Below, in pieces: positions 28,277 to 37,577 of a DNA stretch of 40,313 bases. The notes beneath the pieces were generated by a model that did no database searches, was not told the DNA's origin, and saw only the letters and a program-made list of their open reading frames with translations. Both the position numbers and the translations under genes were made by a program. Numbering within the stretch: position 1 is the stretch's first letter; every line of letters starts with the position of its first letter. This DNA is from Desulfuromonadales bacterium (lineage in GTDB: Bacteria > Desulfobacterota > Desulfuromonadia > Geobacterales > DSM-12255), in NCBI GenBank assembly GCA_009780995.1, contig WQYY01000001.1:1-40313 (forward strand), written 5' to 3'.

Positions 28277-28972
28277 ATGTCAGGCTATAAATCATGGTTT
28301 CCTGCAAGGTTTGTCATCAATGCTGTTGTAGGAATAATCTTTGGTTCTTTATTAATGACGGCAAGCGGATGCAGCAAAGCTGCGAGCGGGCCGCTGGTTG
28401 TAGGGACTGTGGTATCAACGCGACCGACTAACACGTATGTCAATAGCCAGCCGCAGATAGAAATGACGATGCAATTTACAACTTTAGACGGAAAACAGGT
28501 CACCTCGTCATATCGGAAAGTGATTCCATTTACTGCACTAGCTCAAATTCAACCTGGTCTTGAACTGCCGCTGCGTTATGATCCGAAAAATCCGCGGGAT
28601 ATTATGATCGACTGGAAAGTTGATGAAAAGATGTTTCAAAAGATGGTTCAAGAGAAAGATCAAAAAGATTATGTTCAACGCCTTGTGGCTACCGGACAGT
28701 TGACTAAAAAAGAATTGAACATTAAGGAAAAAGGGGTACAAGCAAAAGGGATACTTATTTCCTCTAAACCTACAGGTAGAATTGTTAATGGTGACGAAAC
28801 TGAAATGGTATTACATGTTAAGGTAACCAGGCCTGACGGCAGTACTTTTGATGTGACTATTACTGCCGGTGTGGCGCAGCGTGATATACAATATGCTCTC
28901 CCCGGCAGTATGGTTTATGTTGAATATATGCCAAATGATGAAAAGAATATCCTTCTTGAGTGGAATAACTGA
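28277..28972 (+). CDS. Paralog P6: lipoprotein form, D1 + D2
   Basis: Signal peptide with lipobox LMTASGC. D1 reads TMQFTTLDGKQVT...LPLRYDPKNPRDIMID. D2 reads GVQAKGILISSKPTGRIVNGDETEMVLHVKVTRPDGSTFDV...VEYMPNDEKNILL. The ATG at 28277 follows GGGAGGA. Confidence 0.82.
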   Translation: MSGYKSWFPARFVINAVVGIIFGSLLMTASGCSKAASGPLVVGTVVSTRPTNTYVNSQPQIEMTMQFTTLDGKQVTSSYRKVIPFTALAQIQPGLELPLRYDPKNPRDIMIDWKVDEKMFQKMVQEKDQKDYVQRLVATGQLTKKELNIKEKGVQAKGILISSKPTGRIVNGDETEMVLHVKVTRPDGSTFDVTITAGVAQRDIQYALPGSMVYVEYMPNDEKNILLEWNN

Positions 28973-29048
28973 TAAATAGCCATTATTACTAGTATATGAA
29001 CAATATTATTTGTGGATGCGTTTATTTATGTAAATAGGAGGAATATTT

Positions 29049-29726
29049 ATGCCGGGCTTTTTCTGTAAATCATGGTTTCCTGTACGATTTGTTATCAATA
29101 CTGTTGTAGGGATAATTTTCGGCGCCTTATTAATGATGGCAGGTGGATGCAGCAAAGCGGCAAGCGGGCCATTAACTGTGGGGACAGTGGTATCAGTACG
29201 GCAGACCGGCAACTGGTTCAATAGCCAGCCGCAGGTGAAGGTGAAGATGCAATTTACAACTTTAGACGGGAAGCAGGTCACTGCGTCATTCCGAAAAGTG
29301 TTTCCGTTAACTGCATTGTCGCAAATTCAACCCGGCCTCACATTACCGCTGCGTTATGATCCTAAAAATCCACAAGATATTATGATCGATTGGAATGCCG
29401 ATGATAAAGCATTTAAGAAGGCTTATGATCAGAATCTTGTAACTACCGGTAAAATGACACAGGAAGAATTAAACATTAGTGAAAAAGGAGTGCAAGCCAA
29501 AGGAGTAATTCTTTCCTCTAAACCTACAGGTAGGATTGTTAATGGTGACGAAAGTGAAATGGTGTTACAGATCAGAGTAACCAGGCCGGACGGCAGTACC
29601 TATGATGTGACCACCACTGTCGGTGTGGAGCAAAAGTATATGCAGGATAATTCTCCCGGCAGTATGGTTTATGTCCACTATATGCCTAATGATGAAAAAA
29701 ATGTCATGATTGAGACGCCTGACTGA
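29049..29726 (+). CDS. Paralog P7: lipoprotein form, D1 + D2
   Basis: Lipobox LMMAGGC. About 80% nucleotide identity to P6 in the stretches I compared by eye, with the same D1/D2 motifs. Confidence 0.82.
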   Translation: MPGFFCKSWFPVRFVINTVVGIIFGALLMMAGGCSKAASGPLTVGTVVSVRQTGNWFNSQPQVKVKMQFTTLDGKQVTASFRKVFPLTALSQIQPGLTLPLRYDPKNPQDIMIDWNADDKAFKKAYDQNLVTTGKMTQEELNISEKGVQAKGVILSSKPTGRIVNGDESEMVLQIRVTRPDGSTYDVTTTVGVEQKYMQDNSPGSMVYVHYMPNDEKNVMIETPD

Positions 29727-29772
29727 TGATATGTGTTGTGTTGGTTTTACTTCCAAGGTTCAAAGGAACGGT

Positions 29773-29801
29773 TTGACAAATCAGCACTTGTTATCTATGC
29801 T
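29773..29801 (+). promoter_or_regulatory. Candidate sigma70 promoter for the OmpA-like gene: TTGACA-17 bp-TATGCT
   Basis: Hexamers at 29773-29778 and 29796-29801 in the 117-bp gap. Confidence 0.45.
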
Positions 29802-29843
29802 TTATAAAAGCGTATTTATCAGACTTTATTTTTAGGAGGATGT

Positions 29844-30356
29844 ATGAAGTTTAAATGTTTAGTTAACTGTTTGATTGTGGGAATTATGTTTGTTGCTGCA
29901 GGGTGCGCGACCATGTCTGATATGGACAAGCAAGAGGCTGCGATGCGTCAGGCAATCGGAAGTGATAATTCAATCAGCGTTGTACGTAACGGAGACCAGT
30001 TGCAGCTAATTGTTAAAGCTGACCTTACTTTTGCTATAAATTCATCAGCTTTGAAAGAGAATGCTATAACAGCTCTCCAGAAAGCCGCTAAAGTGTTAAA
30101 TGCTTATCCAAGTACAAATATTGAAGTTGCCGGTCATACCGACAGTACAGGAACAGATGCGATTAACGACAGGTTGTCAGTTCAACGGGCTGAGGCGGTT
30201 AAAGCGGTTCTTGTGAATGCCGATGTTGCTTCCAGTCGTGTAACGACTATCGGTTATGGTTCAAGGAGACCTGTTGCTGATAATAATACGTCCGAAGGCA
30301 GAGCGAAAAACAGAAGGGTTGATATTACGGTTACGCCGATAAAAGTTCAAAAGTAA
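29844..30356 (+). CDS. OmpA-family peptidoglycan-binding lipoprotein
   Basis: Lipobox FVAAGC and an OmpA C-terminal domain (VAGHTDSTGTDAINDRLSVQRAEAV...NRRVDITV). Confidence 0.9.
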   Translation: MKFKCLVNCLIVGIMFVAAGCATMSDMDKQEAAMRQAIGSDNSISVVRNGDQLQLIVKADLTFAINSSALKENAITALQKAAKVLNAYPSTNIEVAGHTDSTGTDAINDRLSVQRAEAVKAVLVNADVASSRVTTIGYGSRRPVADNNTSEGRAKNRRVDITVTPIKVQK

Positions 30357-30411
30357 GGTACGGTTTCAATTAAGGGTTGTATGCTACGTTGCTTTCGCCG
30401 TATATCGTTTA

Positions 30412-30471
30412 ACGTCTGTAGGGGCGCACAGTGTGCGCCCGATAACACGGGCGGCAGATTGCCGCCCCTAC
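30412..30471. repeat. REP doublet (60 bp), 3' of the rdgC-like gene
   Basis: The sequence is ACGTCTGTAGGGGCGCACAGTGTGCGCCCGATAACACGGGCGGCAGATTGCCGCCCCTAC. A near-identical direct copy lies at 31701-31761. Confidence 0.85.
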
Positions 30472-31631
30472 TCAGAACCGTACCACTCTTGAATTTTTTG
30501 ACTTGATACATGCCATGAGTTTTCCAGCCGGTCTGTAAGGAATTGCATAAACAGAGAATCAAATAGCTGTATACCTGTTTCAAGTAGATACATACGTTCG
30601 AAGAAAACGGCTTCTTTTTCAGATGCCGCATCTATGCCTGCCTCTTTTTCAATTTGTACTGAAGGGGATTTAAAAGAGCCGAAATAAAAGAGCTCCCCTT
30701 TTAGGTTCACTCTCCACAGGTTTTCGTCTTTCTCAATATAAATGGTGGCTTCAGTTATCTGCTTTCCGTCTCTGAGAGCGGCAAGAACCTCATTAAATTG
30801 GTCTTGGGCTCCTGCGACAGTGATTTTCTGTTTGCCTGCCTCATTTGCTGCCTGTAGTACAATACGGTCATTAAGGTATGCGACAAAAGGAGTACTAAGT
30901 TCCGTATGTCCCTCTTTGCGTACTTTGTACTCTCCTGAACCGTTTAAAGTTCCATATAGGAGCCATAACAGGAAGTCTTTACCAATCCACTGATTAGCTC
31001 TTATTAAATCCAATGCCGATTCGGTGGTGGCGAGATTTGCTTTTTCTAGTAGTTCTTTCTTTTCTTCAGGCAGAGTTTGTTCGGCTCTTGCATATGGGTG
31101 CAGTGTTACAAGTCTTAAGCCCGGAAAGGTTTTTTTAAATTCGGTTTCAAAGACATCTATAGTTTTCGGGCTTAGAGATGTAAAAGTTACTACGTTGGTT
31201 TTTAAATCCCACACAACATCGTAAGTTGCAGGGGACGGGAGGGTTTTCCCAAAGAGAAAGAGTTTAACGGCATCTCTTAATTCTTCACGTTTATGTTTTG
31301 GAACACGGAAAAATCCAGGGTTGGCATTTAAGAAGTTTTGTTCCTGAGCAGATTGATACGCTTTTAAGAGCGCTGCGGGGATCTTTCGCTGGTCGCGTCT
31401 GAGGGTGAATAGAGCATAGTTATCTTTTTTAAAGTTTGTGTCGTTTATGAAGTCTGAGTTTTGATGATCGTCTGTATGAACCCAGCCTATTGATTGCTCG
31501 TCCAGGCTATCTTCAATAGAGTTGAAGCTATGCTTTTGTAAACATTCGGTAATCCATGGAACTAAGTCTTCAGGGAAATCTCCCGCGACGTTAAATTGAC
31601 AGATGCTTACGGTGTTAGAATATATTCCCAT
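30468..31631 (-). CDS. rdgC: RdgC-like recombination-associated protein
   Basis: RdgC-like N-terminal pattern (SIGWV, FTLRRDQRKIPAALL, KHKREELRDAV). I start at MGIYSNTV (31631) because the upstream in-frame extension only translates the REP doublet. The TAG stop lies inside the 3' REP. Confidence 0.55.
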   Translation of the reverse strand: MGIYSNTVSICQFNVAGDFPEDLVPWITECLQKHSFNSIEDSLDEQSIGWVHTDDHQNSDFINDTNFKKDNYALFTLRRDQRKIPAALLKAYQSAQEQNFLNANPGFFRVPKHKREELRDAVKLFLFGKTLPSPATYDVVWDLKTNVVTFTSLSPKTIDVFETEFKKTFPGLRLVTLHPYARAEQTLPEEKKELLEKANLATTESALDLIRANQWIGKDFLLWLLYGTLNGSGEYKVRKEGHTELSTPFVAYLNDRIVLQAANEAGKQKITVAGAQDQFNEVLAALRDGKQITEATIYIEKDENLWRVNLKGELFYFGSFKSPSVQIEKEAGIDAASEKEAVFFERMYLLETGIQLFDSLFMQFLTDRLENSWHVSSQKIQEWYGSE

Positions 31632-31700
31632 TGTCAGCTCTTCCTTATATGATGCAGGCTTTTGGTCATATGCTGTGTTGCCTTCGTCACGTTTCACTTG

Positions 31701-31761
31701 ACGTCTGTAGGGGCGCACAGTGTGCGCCCGATAAATACGGGCGGCAGATTGCCGCCTCTAC
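31701..31761. repeat. REP doublet (61 bp), 5' of the rdgC-like gene
   Basis: The sequence is ACGTCTGTAGGGGCGCACAGTGTGCGCCCGATAAATACGGGCGGCAGATTGCCGCCTCTAC, in the same orientation as 30412-30471. Confidence 0.85.
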
Positions 31762-31797
31762 ACGCTATGTTTTACAGTTTAATAGATGATCTGAAAA

Positions 31798-32151
31798 TCA
31801 TTCCTCAGATTTCTCATTTGATTTTCTTCTTTCAGCTAAGGAAACTACTTTTTGATGTGAGCCGGTTTTATTTTTGCTGTTTTCATTTTGTGAAGAAGGC
31901 ACAGGTTTTTCATCAGTAGGTGGAGGGACTAATTTTTCAATTTGTACCGGAGTTCCCCCCATTGTAAAGTCTCCGCCGTCAATCTGGTCTTCGTCCAGAA
32001 TCCAGGTATAGACCTGAAGCGGGAAGGTGAGGACAAGGAGTCTTACCTGCCACCACCCTTTTTTCATGTCAGGAGTTATATCTTCAATTCTTGCGTAAAA
32101 ACCGGGCTTGTTGTCAATATGTACCAATACTAGATCGTTTATTGTTGCCAT
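31798..32151 (-). CDS. Hypothetical small protein (117 aa) with a Lys/Ser/Glu-rich tail
   Basis: Clean ORF 3 nt upstream of yajQ on the same strand. I recognise no motif in it. Confidence 0.5.
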   Translation of the reverse strand: MATINDLVLVHIDNKPGFYARIEDITPDMKKGWWQVRLLVLTFPLQVYTWILDEDQIDGGDFTMGGTPVQIEKLVPPPTDEKPVPSSQNENSKNKTGSHQKVVSLAERRKSNEKSEE

Positions 32152-32154
32152 GTT

Positions 32155-32640
32155 TCAGTCTCTGAAGTTAACAAATTGCATTTCAATATCAAGGTCTTTT
32201 CCTTTGAGCATTTGAATGGTTTCCTGAAGGTCATCGCGATTTTTTCCGGTTACTCTTACCTGGTCGTCCTGGATCTGACCCTGTACTTTCAGTTTACTCT
32301 CTTTGATTACGGCAACAATCTCTTTACCTTTTTCTTTGGCAATTCCTTGCTGTATTGTTATTGTCTGCCGTACCATTCCTCCTGAAGCAGTTTCAGGCTT
32401 ATCATATTTAATGGATTTAAGGGATATTCCGCGTTTTATAAATTTAGACTGTAGTATGTCCACTACGGCTTTAAGTTTAAAGTCATCATCAGCAAGGATT
32501 TTGACACTCTCTTTTTCCTGGGTTATTTCGCTTTTTGAGCCTTTAAAGTCATAACGCTGGGAAATTTCCTTGCTTGTCTGGTTAACAGCGTTATCGACTT
32601 CCTGCATATCTACTTTTGAAACTATATCAAATGATGGCAT
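32155..32640 (-). CDS. yajQ: YajQ-family nucleotide (c-di-GMP)-binding protein, UPF0234
   Basis: N-terminus [34 protein letters not shown] is diagnostic of YajQ. 161 aa. Confidence 0.92.
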   Translation of the reverse strand: MPSFDIVSKVDMQEVDNAVNQTSKEISQRYDFKGSKSEITQEKESVKILADDDFKLKAVVDILQSKFIKRGISLKSIKYDKPETASGGMVRQTITIQQGIAKEKGKEIVAVIKESKLKVQGQIQDDQVRVTGKNRDDLQETIQMLKGKDLDIEMQFVNFRD

Positions 32641-32681
32641 ATTCTACTCCAGGTTATTGGGATATTGGGCTACCGTCTACC

Positions 32682-33392
32682 TTAACGCTTTATTACCTCT
32701 ACACCTGCAGGTGGTCTAAAGCTGAATTTGCTTGATGAGATTCCGCTGTTAACTCTGATATTGCTGTATTCTATCATTGTTCTGTTTCCCATATTATCGT
32801 AAAGAACTGAAGCTATAATAGGAAATGAACTTTTTGGAGTTCTGCCGGCCATGAAGCTGTTAACTATTGAGGCTGATACGGTTAGTTCGAGTTTTGCAAC
32901 TGACGGGTTAGATCTTTTAGGTGTCAGGGCTATTACATAATTGCCGTTTTTATCCCTGCCATTACCGACAAATTGAGCTGAGAAGTCTCTGGATATGTTG
33001 CCTAAACCTGTCAGATAACTCATAGCTATGGCATTTCCTCCTGCAAAAAGGGACGAGGTGCTCATGACCATGACTTGTCTGTTTTCAGGAAGGTAATACC
33101 AGACTGTTTTCCCGTTGGATATTATGCTCTGCCTCGGCTTTGTGTAGTCAAACCTGAACATTGCGTTCCCGGCCCCTTTTTTGATCAGAAGTTCGCCAGC
33201 CCCTTTTTCTTCCCTTTTTACGGCAGCTATTGTAGCTCTTTGAATGAAACTTGCCTGAATATCATTGGCACCGCTGTAACTTTTTTCAAGAGCTGTTACA
33301 ACGTCTCTTACAGTGGCTGTACTAGCTGCAAATGCAGGGGTTATGCATGAAGAGAGTAAAATGGCAAAGATAGAAATCATAAGTTTTCGCAT
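32682..33392 (-). CDS. lolA: LolA-like outer-membrane lipoprotein carrier/sorting protein
   Basis: Signal peptide followed by a LolA-type pattern (DIQASFIQ...GELLIKKG...FRFDY...NGKTVWYYLP). Confidence 0.75.
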   Translation of the reverse strand: MRKLMISIFAILLSSCITPAFAASTATVRDVVTALEKSYSGANDIQASFIQRATIAAVKREEKGAGELLIKKGAGNAMFRFDYTKPRQSIISNGKTVWYYLPENRQVMVMSTSSLFAGGNAIAMSYLTGLGNISRDFSAQFVGNGRDKNGNYVIALTPKRSNPSVAKLELTVSASIVNSFMAGRTPKSSFPIIASVLYDNMGNRTMIEYSNIRVNSGISSSKFSFRPPAGVEVIKR

Positions 33393-33489
33393 AATGTCTC
33401 CAAATATTTTGTTGTTTGAATAGAGGGTTTCAAAAAATTAATTATACATATTGTGGCGTATAATGGCTATTGAATATTACATGGAGTGG

Positions 33490-34470
33490 TTAAAAATGGT
33501 CGTAACCTTTTGAAGTTAAGCGGTATTGGCTTCCATCTTCTTTTAGAAGCTTGAGTTCTTTCCCTTCTTTGATTTTGCCGATAATGGTAACGGGTATTGC
33601 AAGGTTATCAGCGATATCCATAATTCTTTTAATATGCCGTGGATTTATTGTCATAAGCAATTCATAATCTTCTCCGCCACTAAGGGCATAATCGAATATA
33701 TTTTTTTGGAGTTTTCCGTCCAGCGATTTAAGACTGTCAGAAATTGGAAGAGAGGGGAGGTCAATTTCGGCTCCTACATTTGAAGCTTCCATTATATGGC
33801 CTAAATCTGCCGCCGTTCCGTCACTTATATCAATCATTGCTGTTACAATACCTGCTTCAGCAGCCTGCCTCCCTATGTTAACCCTTGGTTCCGGCAGTAA
33901 GTGGCGTTTTATCAGTTCTCCTTCTCTTTCCCCTTTTTTTAATAACTCAAGCCCGGCAGCGGAATCTCCTACTGTTCCTGTAACGCAGATTAAATCTCCC
34001 GGGATTGCCCCTTTCCTTTTAACAATATATTCAGGTTTCTGTTCCCCAATCAGGGCAATATTTATTATAAGCCCGTTTTTTGAGCTGCATGTATCTCCGC
34101 CAATAAGGATTACGTCAAATTGTGCTGCCTGTTTCTGGAAGCCATTTATGAAGTTTTGAATAAATTCGACAGAGAGCGTTTCAGGGATTGCAAGGGACAG
34201 GAGGGCGTATTTAGGTATTCCACCCATTGACGCTATGTCAGAAATGTTTACTGCCAGAGATTTTTGACCAAGAGTTTCCGGATCGCTCCATTTAAGGTCA
34301 AAATGAACATTCTCCACCAGCATATCTGTTGTTGTTAAGGTTACGGTGCCAGATGCTGACTTTGTGATAGCGCAATCGTCGCCAATCCCCAAGGTAACGA
34401 GGCTATTTGGCCTTATATTTTTGGCTATCATCTGTATAAGGCCAAATTCCCCTATTTCAGAAATCTTCAT
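33490..34470 (-). CDS. thiL: Thiamine-monophosphate kinase
   Basis: ThiL/AIR-synthase-like motifs [24 protein letters not shown] and GGDT. 4-nt overlap with lon. Confidence 0.9.
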   Translation of the reverse strand: MKISEIGEFGLIQMIAKNIRPNSLVTLGIGDDCAITKSASGTVTLTTTDMLVENVHFDLKWSDPETLGQKSLAVNISDIASMGGIPKYALLSLAIPETLSVEFIQNFINGFQKQAAQFDVILIGGDTCSSKNGLIINIALIGEQKPEYIVKRKGAIPGDLICVTGTVGDSAAGLELLKKGEREGELIKRHLLPEPRVNIGRQAAEAGIVTAMIDISDGTAADLGHIMEASNVGAEIDLPSLPISDSLKSLDGKLQKNIFDYALSGGEDYELLMTINPRHIKRIMDIADNLAIPVTIIGKIKEGKELKLLKEDGSQYRLTSKGYDHF

Positions 34471-36911
34471 ACTACGATTCCGGTGGGTGGCGTAACAAGG
34501 AGTTTACCGGTTGCCCCTTTCTTTTTTGCGGAGACAGTTTTAGATGTGGGCGGGGCTTTTGGAAATTCCACTAACGCTATTTTAAGTACTTCGTCTATCT
34601 CTTTTACAGGTACTATTTTTACCTTTTTTAATATCTGTTTAGGCACATCTTCCAGATCTTTTTCATTTTGGAACGGGATAATTACAGTTTTTACCCCTGC
34701 CCGCACAGCTGCAAGGATTTTTTCTTTTAAACCGCCAATTGGAAGGACCTTGCCTCTGAGTGTAATTTCTCCTGTCATAGCCACATCTTTCCTTACAGCT
34801 ATTTTTGTTAAGGCAGATACCAATGCCGTTGTCATTGAGACCCCGGCTGACGGGCCGTCTTTCGGTATTGCTCCTGCCGGTACGTGAATATGGATATCGC
34901 TGGTTTGATAGAAATCGTTATTAAGTTGCAGCTCTTTATTTTTGCTCCGAATCCATGAAAGAGCCGCCTGGGCAGATTCCTTCATAACATCTCCAAGCTG
35001 TCCGGTAAGTATAAGTCCGCCTTTACCCATCATAACTGTTGCTTCTATATAAAGCACTTCACCTCCGACAGGTGTCCATGCCAGACCTGTTACTAACCCA
35101 ACTTCATTTTTCTCCATTTCAGGCTCTCTGATAAATTTCGGAGGGCCAAGATAACGGGCTATGTTTTGCACATTTATCATAAAGCGGCGGTTTTCCCCTT
35201 CAGCCACTTTTTTCGCTATTTTCCTGCAAATTGTTCCGATTTCCCGTTCAAGATTCCTTAAGCCGGCTTCTCTAGTATAACTGGCAATAATTGTTTTTAT
35301 TGCCTCATCGGTAAAGGCAATATGTTTTTCTGACAGACCGTTTTCTTTGATTTGTCTTGGTACAAGATAACGTTTTGCAATCTCCAGTTTTTCTTCTTCT
35401 GTATAACCGGCCAGATTGATTACTTCCATTCTGTCAAGAAGAGGCCTTGGAATGGTGTCTATCTGGTTTGCTGTTGCAATGAACATTACATTTGAAAGAT
35501 CAAACGGCAGATTTATGTAATGATCCGAAAACATAAAGTTCTGCTCAGGATCAAGAACTTCTAAAAGGGCTGAAGACGGATCTCCGCGAAAATCTGAGCC
35601 AAGCTTATCAAGCTCGTCAAGCATAAATACCGGATTATTTGTTCCTGCCTGTTTAAGCCCCTGTATAATTCTTCCCGGAAGTGCTCCGACATAAGTTCTG
35701 CGGTGGCCTCTTATTTCAGCTTCATCTCTTGTTCCACCAAGAGAGGCTCTTATAAACTTGCGCCCCATTGCCCTGGCAATTGATTTTCCCAGAGAGGTTT
35801 TACCGACTCCCGGAGGGCCCACAAAGCAGAGGATAGGGCCCTTCATTTTTTTATGAAGCTTACGCACTGCCAGAAACTCCAGAATTCTCTCTTTTATCTT
35901 TTTTAGATAGTAATGGTCTTCGTCAAGTATCTTCTGGGCTTTCTTTATATCTAAAGAGTCCCGTGTAGACTTGCTCCAGGGTAAGTCAACCATCCAGTCC
36001 AGAAAAGTTCTTATTGTAGCTGATTCTGCTGAATCAGGATGCATCTGTTCAAGCCTGCCGAGCTGTTTCAAAGCTTCTTTTTCTACATCTTTAGGCATTT
36101 TAGCCTGTTCAATACCTTTTCTAAGCTCAGCTATTTCTTCTGATCTTCCGTCACTCTCACCAAGCTCCTGTTGTATCGCCCTAAGCTGCTCTCTAAGATA
36201 ATATTCCCGCTGGCTTTTTCCCATCTCTTCTTTTGCCGTAGTTTGAATTTTTACCTGCATACTAAGCAGCTCATGCTCTTTTATCAGAAATTCATTTACA
36301 CGGTTAAGCTTTTGAATGGGGTCCAATGTTTCAAGAAGGCTCTGGGCGTCTTCAACTTTCAGCCCTATATTGCTGGCTACAAGATCTGCGAGATTTCCCG
36401 GATCCTGCATATTTTCTACTATAATCAGGACTTCAGGAGAAATAGCTTTGCCAAGGGCAATGATTTGTCCAAGCTGGTCTTTGACTGTCCGTACCAAAGC
36501 TTCGTTTTCAATGGATTGCTCAGGTATCGGGTTTTCAACAAGCCGTTCAATTTTCACCTGGTAATAAGGCTTTTCATTTTCAAATTCTGTTATTTTGGCT
36601 TTTGCCAAGCCCTGTACAAGAATTTTAATTCTGCCGTCAGGCAGCTTAAGCATTCTCATAATCATTGCAACGGTTCCAACCTGATATATCCCATCTGGCG
36701 CGGGATCTTCATCATTTATGTCTTTCTGGGTTGCCAGAAGTATAAGCCTGTCACCGGCTAAAGCTTTATCTACTGCATTTATTGACAATTCCCTCCCTAC
36801 AAAAAGCGGGAGTATCATATAGGGATATACAACTACATCTCTTATCGGTAATAAAGGTAAAACATCCGGTATTGTCAGATCTTCACTATCTCGTCTTTCT
36901 TCTATTTCCAT
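34467..36911 (-). CDS. lon: ATP-dependent Lon protease
   Basis: LON N-domain, Walker [10 protein letters not shown], and the protease motif PKDGPSAG. Confidence 0.97.
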   Translation of the reverse strand: MEIEERRDSEDLTIPDVLPLLPIRDVVVYPYMILPLFVGRELSINAVDKALAGDRLILLATQKDINDEDPAPDGIYQVGTVAMIMRMLKLPDGRIKILVQGLAKAKITEFENEKPYYQVKIERLVENPIPEQSIENEALVRTVKDQLGQIIALGKAISPEVLIIVENMQDPGNLADLVASNIGLKVEDAQSLLETLDPIQKLNRVNEFLIKEHELLSMQVKIQTTAKEEMGKSQREYYLREQLRAIQQELGESDGRSEEIAELRKGIEQAKMPKDVEKEALKQLGRLEQMHPDSAESATIRTFLDWMVDLPWSKSTRDSLDIKKAQKILDEDHYYLKKIKERILEFLAVRKLHKKMKGPILCFVGPPGVGKTSLGKSIARAMGRKFIRASLGGTRDEAEIRGHRRTYVGALPGRIIQGLKQAGTNNPVFMLDELDKLGSDFRGDPSSALLEVLDPEQNFMFSDHYINLPFDLSNVMFIATANQIDTIPRPLLDRMEVINLAGYTEEEKLEIAKRYLVPRQIKENGLSEKHIAFTDEAIKTIIASYTREAGLRNLEREIGTICRKIAKKVAEGENRRFMINVQNIARYLGPPKFIREPEMEKNEVGLVTGLAWTPVGGEVLYIEATVMMGKGGLILTGQLGDVMKESAQAALSWIRSKNKELQLNNDFYQTSDIHIHVPAGAIPKDGPSAGVSMTTALVSALTKIAVRKDVAMTGEITLRGKVLPIGGLKEKILAAVRAGVKTVIIPFQNEKDLEDVPKQILKKVKIVPVKEIDEVLKIALVEFPKAPPTSKTVSAKKKGATGKLLVTPPTGIVV

Positions 36912-36912
36912 T

Positions 36913-37371
36913 TCAATCTCCTTGAATTATAGGTACATTTTTTATTCTGGGTTCGGAACGCTTTAGTTTAGGTATTGTTATTACGAGAACCCCTTTAGAA
37001 AATGAAGCAACGGCCTCTTCTGGGCTAAACTCATCCGGTATTGTTACGCTCTTTTTAAAATGACCAAAGCATCTTTCAATGCATATATAATGCATACGTT
37101 GGATCCCTTGTTCATGATATTTAACACCTTCAATCAATATTTTCCTGTCATTAACGGTTACGGAAAAGTTTTTCTCCGAGACACCGGGCAAATCCATTTC
37201 AATTACAAAAGCCTTTTCTGTTGAGTAGATATCAAGACAGGGGATAAATTTATACTCTACTTTATGCTTTTCGCAATTTACCTGAAAAACCTGCCTCAGC
37301 ATTTCATCAAGCTGCATACGAAAAACTATCGGCCAAGGGGTGGTGTCAGTATCATAAGGTCGCCTAGTCAT
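36913..37371 (-). CDS. Hsp20/alpha-crystallin family small heat-shock protein
   Basis: Alpha-crystallin domain ([36 protein letters not shown] ... GVLVITIPK), ending 1 nt upstream of lon. Confidence 0.85.
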   Translation of the reverse strand: MTRRPYDTDTTPWPIVFRMQLDEMLRQVFQVNCEKHKVEYKFIPCLDIYSTEKAFVIEMDLPGVSEKNFSVTVNDRKILIEGVKYHEQGIQRMHYICIERCFGHFKKSVTIPDEFSPEEAVASFSKGVLVITIPKLKRSEPRIKNVPIIQGD

Positions 37372-37478
37372 TTAAATATATCTCCTAATTGCGGCATCGT
37401 TCTTTTGATTTAATCATCATTGTATGGAAAGTCAAGGGCTACAGTTAGTTATGTTTAATGTGGCTATGGCGGAATTCA

Positions 37479-37507
37479 TTGAAATTTTAACTACTCTAAT
37501 GTATTAT
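37479..37507 (+). promoter_or_regulatory. Candidate sigma70 promoter for the TPR gene: TTGAAA-17 bp-TATTAT
   Basis: Hexamers at 37479-37484 and 37502-37507. Confidence 0.45.
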
Positions 37508-37577
37508 TATCAAACTTTAGACATGTTTTAGCAAATTATTATGGGATTACGAGTTTTTTAAAGGTTGAGAGGGGAAA

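Noticed and set aside
31632-31718. 29-codon N-terminal extension of the rdgC-like ORF
   Set aside because: The extension runs into the upstream REP doublet. MGIYSNTV at 31631 is the plausible start.
33393-33489. Possible minus-strand promoter for the lolA-like gene (TATAAT hexamer with a weak TAGCCA -35)
   Set aside because: The -35 match is poor, and the gene may be co-transcribed with thiL. This is too weak to list as a feature.
37372-37478. Search for a CIRCE (TTAGCACTC-N9-GAGTGCTAA) or sigma32-type element upstream of the hsp20-lon operon
   Set aside because: I found no convincing match on the minus strand. Only a weak TTGACT-like hexamer is present, so I make no call.
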